Positions 42,801-53,500 of a DNA stretch of 64,000 nucleotides are shown piece by piece. Position 1 is the first letter of the stretch; each line of letters starts with the position of its first letter. A model generated the notes under the pieces. That model did no database searches. It was given only the letters and a program-made list of their open reading frames with translations, and was not told the DNA's origin. A program made the translations under genes and the position numbers. Source of the stretch: Fimbriosthenelais zetlandica (Eukaryota); NCBI GenBank assembly GCA_977030845.1, contig OZ365112.1, forward strand, positions 23,684,001 through 23,748,000, in the 5' to 3' direction.

Positions 42801-44199
42801 GACAGTTAATGAATAAATGACCGCTAAAAGGGCTAAAAACAAGAAAGCCAAAGACATCAATCATTGTTAGAAAGGAACCTCAAGGAAAGTGCAAGACTGC
42901 ATACATTATGAACTCTGTCCCTCGATCTTTCCTCCAGTTTATATGTGTCACGAAGATTGATAGGCTGACACGAGTCCATCTAGAAATGGAGATGTATTAT
43001 CCAGAAGGATTTGTTAGCTTAAGGTTTATATCGGACCATTTTAAGACATGCACTGCACAACTTTATCAGTATTGGCATACTGAATCTGTGCTGCCAGGAA
43101 CTTGAGGTCTCAAGTGGCATGTTCACTGGGTCACTTCTCAACATAAGTGACTCTGAACTTTTCAGACACTGCTTTCACTTTGGAAGTGACACCAATATTG
43201 TTGGCGACGACCTTCACGATGGCGAGGGTCTCACAATCTCCAAATCTAAGCCCTTACTAGAACTTTCATCAACTTCTACAAGTCTTACACTTATTGATAG
43301 ACGTGGTGTGTATTTTTTTCATGAAATTGAACAGTGTACCAGACAAAAACCTTTCAGTTAAGAAATACATGAAAGTCCACCACAAAATTAAGTTCTCAGG
43401 GTCGAAGCCCAAAATACATGACCTCATAATATAGTCACCCTAGCTGCCCCCTGCTTTTTTTAGACCTAAATCCAATGATGACAAGCAGGATTCATCCGGA
43501 CCAGGCAGGTAATTGTTCCAGCTTTCAGGATGGGCTTCTCCGGTACAATGTCTGTGTAAGGAACATCATAATCAATCACTCCCCTTGAAGCCAGCTCCGG
43601 CAGCAGGCCTATCTACTACCCTCCATACTGCTGCCATCTGGTGCACACAAAACCATGTCAAACACAAGATAGGATACGGTACTCATTCCTTCATCTCCCT
43701 CCCTCATAATGTCTAATTCATCATTAAGCTCTAACTCCACTCAACCGATTCTCTATCAATCTGCAACATTACATAAACTCGGTTTGGTGAACACTATGAG
43801 GCTGGGTATATAGGCTAGTTCTCATTAAATATTGCCTCGCGAGGATTAGGTTCAAGTTCAGTAGAAACTCACCATTCATGTGTTTTCATACAACTGTCAA
43901 TGGATACCAAGTTAATGTGTCAATCATACTAATGGTGGTATATTACTGCATGGCCCGCATACTAGTACGTATCAAGAAAAAAATGAATATGCCCTGTAGC
44001 CAACCATTTGTGTACACATAATACATATGAAGTTATGTATATTTATGCCACACCAAACAATAATATGACCAGTTCATATAGTGGATATTGTTATTGGCTG
44101 ATACAGGAATTTCTATAACCCAACCGATTGGTATATTTCAAATTTGTTTCATAAACAGACCTGAATATTGTGGAGGAATGTACACGATCATTTTAATTC

Positions 44200-45300
44200 A
44201 CTGCTGCAGAATAAACGCCCCCTCTGCCTGACGACGCATAATCTCTGATAAGCCTTACGTAATCCCTTCGATCCACCGACTTCTATGTTACAATCAGTTT
44301 AACAGTCCTTCCTGAGATACCCAAGTATATTTACTATGGGGATTTTTACTGCTAGTATCCTGTGTATATCCTTTGTATAATAATACTTTATAATAGTAAA
44401 GATAGGAACCAGGTGGTTGGCCGGTGGGCTGGCCAGTATAACTGGAGCTCTACGTTTATTACTCACGATTAATAAGTGGTTACAGCCTGAAAGACGAGGT
44501 GGGCAGAAATAAAGACCAACCGTTCCCATCAAAGTCTACTTTTGAACGCAGCAGCTGCGTGGGAACATTGTTTCAAGATAAGCGCCATTTGGTCATTGTT
44601 CCCACGCTGAAATGGCAATTCTTCCTACGCGGATAAAGGCGTTGTGACTTGAGAAAGGCAATGTGACTTTCTCTGGCAGGCTGCTTCATTTGTTCTGAAT
44701 CCGAATGTTTGGGGAAAAAACTTTGTTCTGGACGGAAATGTCTTGTGTGTGCAATCGAGTGTATCGATATTCCTCGGAAAGAATGGAAGTTCCCACGATC
44801 ACCCTACAGTCCTTTAAGTTTGTTCACAATAACCCCGTCTATATATGATGGGGCTCATAGACATTTTTGAAAAGTATTGGCGGGAAAATGCTGTGTATGT
44901 ATAAAATGTAATTGGTTAGGGAAGACATCCGACGATCCTTCCCTTGATTTACACATAACTAACTTCCCTTTTAAAATATTTAAAAGGTTTTAAATGCGAA
45001 ATAGATTGGGGTACGTTTGGTCATATTTGAGATGACAAAATTCCAAATGAATATCGGACTTTGCACCTGTTTTTGACTGAGTATTGGCAGTATTTGATGC
45101 CTTCCCTTAGCCTGAAGGGTAGAGCTGTGGCAGGTGTACTGTTAATATGAGCTGCTCGGCGTGCTCGCCTGTCCATTGAGTGATTAAACCAACCGAGCTC
45201 CAACATAAAAGTATCCATGGCTCGATCTCCAAGGACGAGTTACTGGCTCTATACAATTCATTGTGGCGAAAAAAAGGATATTTTTGTTTCCCTTATCAAT
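44200..45300 (-). promoter_or_regulatory. CpG-retaining island, possible promoter/first exon of a minus-strand gene (candidate exon ends at 44467)
   Basis: By eye CpG is much denser here than in the flanking decayed DNA. ATG at 44529 reads MGTVGLYFCPPRLSGCNHLLI to a strong donor ATC|GTGAGT (GT at 44466-44465). An 11-bp inverted repeat GCGTGGGAACA/TGTTCCCACGC lies at 44557-44607. Confidence 0.3.
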
Positions 45301-46584
45301 TATTTGTGTGTGGGGAATTATATCAAGTTGTTTGGCCACCTTCTAGGTAAAGGCCTCATTTAATAGTGGCTTTAATGGTAATAACATTTATTTAATGGGA
45401 TGTACGTGTTACTAGGTAAATATATATATCGTTCGATTCCTGCTAGATTGTCTTACATTGGCCACTGAATACCTTTTTTAATAGGTAATTTAGACTGAAT
45501 CATCATAGCAGAAAAGGGCTCCGATATAATTATAGGAGTTGAATTGCTCAAGTCTCAAATGTTTTTTTCTTCCATACCAATCGAGACACTCAATCCTTCT
45601 GGATAAATTGACTTTAAGATTCATTATTAGGATTTACGCGAAAAGGCAAAGATTTCTTTTAAGGAAAAATGCATCAAAAGAGAAAACTAGTCGATGGCTA
45701 CTGAAGTGCAATTATTGAAAGTTATATGCTGAACCAAGAGAGCGGGTAGCTGTTTATGAATACTAGTTTTTCCCCTGAGCCTCATCGTCTACATGAGAAC
45801 ATTTTCCCACGGCTCAATATGAGCAGTAAGCTATTGGAGCCACGTGGGAAATTAAGGCTAATAAACGATCGCCACTAGAGGTACTGGACTAACACACTGG
45901 ATCCTATCACTTATAGCCAATATAACTTAACTCTACTTACTCTCACCATCATCTTTATATAATTAATGTCTTAGGTTTAGGTTACACATGTATATGATTT
46001 CGAATTCTTAAATTACAAAACAAATATTAGTAGAAAATTATTTTATGCAATTTTAAATTCTTAAAACTAAGACTATTCCTATTGTCATTGTTTGTGGTTT
46101 CCAATTCTGACTTGACCACAATGAACCGCGGTAATAACAAAGACGAATGATTTCAGTTAATCACCTTTACATTTATTGTGACATAAGCGAATATCTTCAA
46201 TAAACCATTTTAGTCATAGGCATTGGTATAAATAAAACCTACATGCACCATGATTTCAATATTAATTATGATTAATAATACATTCTTAAACCAGGGCCTC
46301 GACAAAGCGAGAGCTACCATACATCTGCAAGTACGCTCTGGAGGTAACCAACAGAAATGAAGTGAGAAATAGCTCGAACCAGCATAACAAAGTTCACATA
46401 CATGCATATAGGCAGCTGCTGAGGAGGCCTAGAGGAATATTGTTTTAATATTATACATGGTCAGGGGCCAGCATATTTCCACTACCTGGCTTTACACATT
46501 TTATAGAGTTATGAAAGAGAATATAATGTACACAGTGTAACACCAATATACTAGCATAGGATGCTGGAAAGGCACTACTACCCT

Positions 46585-46598
46585 GTTGTCACGGCGAC
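46585..46598. promoter_or_regulatory. Candidate RFX X-box
   Basis: GTTGTCACGGCGAC fits the RYYNYY-NN-RRNRAC imperfect palindrome; its CpGs are retained in otherwise AT-rich DNA. Confidence 0.25.
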
Positions 46599-47237
46599 GC
46601 AGGCAGAAGCAGATAAAACAGTGGACAGTAATGAACATAAGACTGGAGGAAAAAGACAAAGGCAAAACGAAGCTTGATCAGATCTAGGAGAGTGAGTTGC
46701 ACACATAAACTTCAAGTAGTAAGGCCAGTTCAAAGGGAGACCGGAAATGAATTTCTTTTATGTCAAAGTGCGATTTTAAAGGGGAAATAATAGACCAAGA
46801 TGTTAAGTGAAAAAAAATCAATCTCTGAATGTTAATTTTGGAATAACAGTGTAATGTGCATGGCAGATATTTGGACCGCCTAATCTAGACTAAATTAAGA
46901 CGGTATTATCCTTCTGCAGTAATTAGACATTATCTGCTATTGAAGCACACCTGATATAAATTAAATAATGCAGGTATATTTCCATAGGTATATAGCTAAT
47001 AAGGAACCGTGTGAACTGGTATAAGTTGTGCTAAAGGATATGCTACGTCTCATTGAGAAAGATTGCAATGAAGACAGGCCACAGTTTGAAAGCACATAGT
47101 AAGCAGCTAGGACTAAGTAAGGGAGTGAGGAACCAATGTTACAGCGACGGTGGTTTTTGACTAGAGTTAAGACCGCGTCTTGTTTCCTATGTTTTGCGTA
47201 CATAGTATATTTGTTTCTGTGTTCTGGCCTTCATGGA

Positions 47238-47321
47238 GGCCTGTTTCATGACAGAGTTTGTCGACAATCACCAATGTTAAGTCTATGGGCTAAGGTAGCG
47301 CATTTCCTTTCTGAAACAGGC
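47238..47321. mobile_element. MITE family 1, full copy
   Basis: ggcctgtttca ... ctatgggctaaggtagcgcatt ... tgaaacaggc. Confidence 0.75.
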
Positions 47322-49288
47322 TTCAGGTGTTATTTTACAAATGATGTACTAATGGCATTATACTCCCTTCAGATTATATTGTTAACTTTAAGCTGGTTGC
47401 TCCCTTTTTTCTACAATACCACATTCTTGATGCACCTCATCCCACACACATGTACATGCCTTCCATGGTAATAATATTAATCAGTGATAACCATAATAAT
47501 GACAAATGAATAATAATTATATCACTGGTGCAATGGCTAATGATTCACAAACATTTACATATGATTTACATATGATAAGACAATGTGACTGACCCCCTCC
47601 CACAGGCGCTGTAACTTTACAAGAAAAGGAAATGTACATGTATGTAAGCTTTCTTTTCTTTCGTTATAATTAAGCCAATGATCTATTATCTAAACTATAT
47701 ATGAATTAATAATCTTTCATCTTAAATCACATATTCACGCCTTTCATATATACCTTTCCATGACATCAAAAGCTCAATAGTTATAATGAAGCCTTTGCAG
47801 TGGACTATACACACATCTACCACTACAGCCATGAATATATTAATTCAGTCAGTTATAAATTTAAATTCCAGTATTTAAACACAAACGGGAGACAACCGTT
47901 TTACACAGGAGACTAAGGTCTAATTATTTAGCTTTATATATTGAGTCACAGAATGAAGTCCAGGCACTCAATGAGTTATAATAAATGTAAGATCACCATT
48001 TGTACCACAGAAACTGAGAGGCACACTTAACTGGGAGAGAGAGACAAGACAGTCAACAGTGCACCGGTCCAACATAAAAATCTAACACAGAACTGACCTA
48101 CACTACCCATGTACATAGATCATTAAATGCCATGTTGAACCACTGAAGGTCAAAAGTAATCCAAAGGGTAATCCACTGAGGTCTTAAGGTCTAAGAGAAC
48201 TTTGAATTGTCCCTTGAAGCAGGCATGTACAATGAAATAATGGTCTTATTCATCATTGCCTGTGTTTTAGTGGATCTGACAAGCCTCACTGGAGGTGTCC
48301 TGTATTCAGGTTGTTCAGGTAAGGTGTCTATAGGTTTAATGGTCTGGGTAGACCATGATGACGTCAGTGGATGTACCCATGTTAATCAGTTTTAGGCTGT
48401 CACGGTTTATGTACCGTGGATGACCGGGGTGGCCTGCTGGCTGGGTTATAGTATGTTCTCCTTTAGTTGCATGCAGCTGGACTCTCAGTCTATCAGAGCA
48501 TCGAGTTAAATGTGCTGAGGTTCTTTTTTTAATAAATAAATAATGATCACAGATACTCCATCTCTTTCTTTCTCACGTCTGAGTGCACTCTACCACTACT
48601 AAACAGAGCATAGGCGACGAGCATGGTACAGCGGGCTCCACAGCACTGAGACACATCATGTAGCTATCTATGTATTCCTATATCTCACGTGCAAAACTGA
48701 CAGGTCTTCACAGATGACTGTCAAATCAAACACTGTCAAAGGCTCTCACCAAATCCAGAGAAAATGTGAGAGTAAGTGCTCAATATCAAATGAAATGCTT
48801 GCTATGGTGCTGGATATGGACTTCGCTTCTTAGTTTGTCTTCTTTTCCATGTCATTGTAAATGGTCAATGCCAGTTGATGTCCGTTAGTTGAAGGGACTA
48901 ATACACCTCTGATTTTCTTCTCAGTTTATCAGTGAATCCATGGAAGGAATGAACCCAAGTGGGTCTAATTGCTTCTCACAGCAAGTAGATTCGCAGTTTT
49001 ATATTGTTCTTTGAATATGGACAAGTAAGATATTATTAAAACTGACAACACAGGAGGCACTGTCATTTTTGAAGTCTTGAAACTTGATTTTCTTTCTTGG
49101 GAGGAACACTTAAAGGTATACATGTTAAATGGTGTAAGAATGACTAATAATAAAACATTGATTAATTCAGATAAAACGTGGGTTAATTTCATTCCAATAC
49201 ATTCACCAGACATTGAATATACAGGAATATTGATGGATGCTATTTAAAATGTGCATGTGGGATGCCAATAAGTAAAGTATATACAGTA

Positions 49289-49380
49289 CCAGGGGCCTGT
49301 TACAGAGAAATCATGCTACACAAACCAGTGGCCATACCATTGGCTATTGAAGCACACCTTGGTCCAGCAACAGGCCCCGG
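49289..49380. mobile_element. MITE family 1, full copy downstream of the CLASP stop codon
   Basis: ccaggggcctgtt ... aacaggccccgg. Confidence 0.72.
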
Positions 49381-50427
49381 TGAAGATTTCCCCTTTGTTT
49401 CACATTATTAAATACAACCTTTTGGTGAGTGGAGGCCGGCGTGCTTTCTATTCACAATCTATAATATATCCATACAGGAGGCCGTTTTCCTTTATATTTA
49501 ACTATACAATATCAATACAAATTCTCTCGCGTTCTTTCTGACTCGTAACTTAACGATCATCTTTCACTTAACGCACACACAGAGAGGCCATCAAAGCCAT
49601 GACATCTGTCATGGCTGAAACATTGACAATGAACAGTGGTTTTTTACCAGATAAATATGATACAAGACCAAGTCATTTACATCAGAAATATCATTAATTA
49701 ATAAATCAAGATTGTTTTTTTATTTCTCAGAGAGTGTACATTGGACCAGTAGTTATCAAAGCTAGGGACAAATATGCAATATACTCGAGTACCATTTCCC
49801 ATGGATTTTAATTTTCCCAAGTCAAATCATTTGTTATTTATCAGGCGTGTTATTAGGATGATTTTATATTCAAATATTCCATAATTTCTCCTTGAATGAG
49901 TATACGATATCTCTCTCCAGTTTCCCTGTCTAGGTAATCCTACAGAGTCAGGTTCCCGTTTCATAATCTACTCGTTATGTTGTGCATTATGAAAGGGGCC
50001 TCAGGTTCACAGGTCCTCGATCACCATATCCATGTCCTTGATCAAAATGAATCAGTTAAAAGAGAAGATAAAATAAGTCCAGTATTTGGCATTTTCTTCT
50101 AATTTCCTTCTTCACTGAAGTTGATCCTAAGCTTGGCACATATTCTACCAATTATAACACAGAGATTGGTAATTTTTGTCCTCAAACTTTCCATCATCCA
50201 TGTTTTTTCTTGACTCCAGTAGGGATATAAAAGGATGAGTTTCTTTTTCATCTATTTTTGTTTCCAAACTCCCAGCTAAATAGCCTCCCACAGCCACAAA
50301 CTTGTATTCTCTAATGTTTGTAGGTTCCATGAAATGAAGTTAAAGACTGGTGGGAGGGAAGGAGAAGGAAGGCGGCGTTAAATTTTCATATCTCCCTCCC
50401 GGAACGGAGCCGCAATGAATGGAAGAA

Positions 50428-50538
50428 TCAAACCTGATCGTAAACATTTTGTGGAGACGACGTGTGGGACGTTGATGTGCTGCTGGCTTCACCTTTCTGT
50501 GAAAGCGCTCGTTTGATGTACAAGTTGAGCAGCTTCAT
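50428..50538 (-). CDS. CLASP: CLASP last coding exon with stop codon
   Basis: ttttaag|ATGAAGCTG...GTTTGA; MKLLNLYIKRALSQKGEASSTSTSHTSSPQNVYDQV*. Confidence 0.96.
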   Translation of the reverse strand: MKLLNLYIKRALSQKGEASSTSTSHTSSPQNVYDQV

Positions 50539-53500
50539 CTTAAAATGAATCAAGATGAATTTTATTTCATTTTTCTATACGGAAACAACTGTGTTGCTTC
50601 TATACGAAGAGAACTGTGTTGCTTCTTTAAAGCAACACAGCCCTGTGTTGCTTCTTTAAAGCAACACCGCCCTATGCTGCTTCTTCAAAGCAACATAGGG
50701 GTGAGAGAAGTAAAGATGCAACATGATCATTCAATCATGGATCATATCCAAAGGAATTATTCAGAAAAAAATATTTCCTGGCAAGCTTCAGTAGAAATTT
50801 TCGCAATCCCTAATGAAAAATAGAGCATAATGCCCATCCTTAAAGCTACAAAAACTTAAAAATATCCTTAATATAAGAATAGTATTATATAACATGCTAT
50901 ATCTTACCTTGCTACCATTAAGTTCTTTCAGGTATGGTCTGAGGTCCTCCCCCATGACAAGGTAGATCGCCACTAGGCAGAACACACTGGCCTTACGTAC
51001 ACTACTTTCTGTGTTGTCATACCCCTGAAAAAATAAAAGATCACCTGATTATAGAATAATCAACTAGGGGTATACTTATATATAGTTCTCAAGGAGATAG
51101 ATAGAGAGGAGAGGAAGGAGAGAGAGTGAGAAAGAAAGAGAGAGAAAGAGAGCGAGAGAGGAAGGATAGAGACAGGTAGTGAGAGAGTGATAGAGGAAGG
51201 AGAAAGATGGTGAGAGAGAGAGCGATAGACGGAGAAACAGATAGAGTGAGAGAGCGATAGGCGAAGAGACAGAGAGATTTAGAGACTGACCGTTAAGACT
51301 CCAGGAAGGATGTCTGAAAGCAGCTTGTCGAGCACGTCACGTGGTATAATCTCCATGACCTTAGACTGCATCTTGATGGCTGCCAGGTTGATGGGGAATT
51401 CAGCGGTCTGTATGATGGGGATGAGGACGCGCACGCACTGCTCATGGTTGATGGAGCTGGCCAAGGTACTAGCACACTCCTCAGCGGCACGGGTTACCTA
51501 GACACGAAACAGGCAAATTCTTAATAACTTCATAAAGGGAAGCAAATAATCAGCAGGAAAAAACCTTCAACATTCGTTTTATCATAAAAATTCCTCTTAA
51601 AACATGGATGACATACCTCTTTCATCGGATCCTTATGCGCCTCAAGAATTTTCAGAATCGTCAATTCTGCGTAATCCTTGAAACGATTTGGCTGATATTT
51701 GAGGATTTCCCTTAAAACTCTTAATGAGAGTGCCCGGATGTCAGGCTGAAAAATACACAAAATGGTTCTTTCAATCATTCGCTAGATATTCTATTAGGTC
51801 CATCTTTGGCTGACGGTCAATTTCTGGGAAAAAATTAGTTCCTTGTAGTCAGCAATCCTTAGAGACCTTTCAGTAATTCAATATAAAGCATTATGTAAGA
51901 GGTTCATAATTAGTTTTAGGGCTTACGTCATTGTCGCCAAGAGTTTCGAGGAGTAAGAGAAGGATGGTTTTGAAGTGTTCGTCCCACACACCAAGTGTGC
52001 CTTCCCTCGTCATCTTAATCAACTGTAGCATGGCGTTCTTCCTCTCCTCTTGTCTGTCAAGGAAACGGTTTAAAATTTTATTAAATTTGACATATTATGC
52101 CACGAAACCTACTCTTCAACAGATTGAAATATTCATCTCGCACAAATAGGTATTGATTTATGGACACTGACCTTTCATTGTGATTGGAAAGCTCGGTGAG
52201 TATCTCTGCGATAATATCGGATTCATCTGAAGGTATTTCTGAAATTGAGAGCGAAAACATTAAAGAAAGGAACAATTTCAAATACAAGTACAATCCAACC
52301 AATACATAACATAAGTGTATAATATATGAAGCATTTGTATAGCGCCAAAATAAATCAGAATAAATAAAGTGCTGTTGGAGAAAACTGACCCAAATTCCAA
52401 ATACTGAAATGGTGTGAAAGGATAAATCCGAATAAATATACCACTGTAGATGTATATGCCATGAAATATGTGTAACAAATACGAAAATATTTGAAGCTAA
52501 TTTCCCGACAAGTATGGGTTATTGATGGAAACAGAGATGAGCATCTGTGCATGATAACCAGTAAATACATGGATGTGATATATTATGAGAAACCATGCTC
52601 TGATTTAAATATAGAAGGTAGTCACACATAGGTGAGGTCCACACTGACAGTAGCCCCATCATGGGACAGTACTGACTCTATGTACATGGTTCTATACATT
52701 GTATATAAACGTACTGTAATAATGTAACACTGACACACACCACTCTTAATGTATATAATATACTCAAGTGACCATAGACCACCAAGAGGGATGGGTGGAT
52801 GGAATAGGACAATCTCTCTCTCGCCCAATACATCTTTTACAAGACGCTCTAATATAATTAATTAATTAACTGAGAACAATAGGTTTATAAAACAATATTG
52901 TTTATAAATCACAAACAAATGTGTAGAAATCTATGCTACTAGAATTCAGTCTCTACTGGTGAGGATGTTGTATTTTTTGTAATTTTACAAAGTAAAAATG
53001 CTGAGAGACTTCAAATGATATACTAAGGATGAAACTAATGTTGAAACTGTAGAAAATAATTCTAAAATAGGATAAATAAGAGAAAGAGTCAAAACATTGG
53101 TAAAAGATGAATTGGGACAAGGTTTAGGCCACATTTCTGCCCTACCATACGGAGAAAGTTGTAACACTTCTGCATTTCTTAACCTCATTTTTTATATTGC
53201 TCACCCGGTTTATTTGGGAGGCCTAGAAGATTCTTCCAAGGGGCTGGGGAGAAAGAAAAACAGTAAAACTTGCATTAAAAGCCACCAGCGATTAAGGGCA
53301 GGGGCCAGGAGGGGGCAGTGGAGGAGAGTGGGAGGGGTGAGGGGGGCAGGTGAGGTTTCTCAATGAGGAAGATTGGGAGTTACTTTATACAATGAAGGGA
53401 GATGGAGTGAGTAGAGTTTGGGTGGTGGAAGAGATCTGAGTTTTGACGAGTGTTAGTGTGGTACAAGAAGCGACAGGAAGAAAGACTGGTGGACTGATAA

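Noticed and set aside
42880-43380. Protein-kinase remnant (YFLTERFLSGTLFNF)
   Set aside because: No HRD/DFG or other subdomains in the correct order.
1-48000. The many 60-210 aa ORFs in the supplied track as stand-alone genes (e.g. 16410-17039, 24734-25300, 39053-39526)
   Set aside because: No recognisable domains; many start at non-ATG codons or arise from low-complexity or antisense TE sequence; this many short ORFs is expected by chance in six frames.
50589-50700. CRISPR-like array (29-bp palindromic repeats)
   Set aside because: Units abut with no unique spacers, lie in a spliceosomal intron of a eukaryotic gene, and no cas genes are present.
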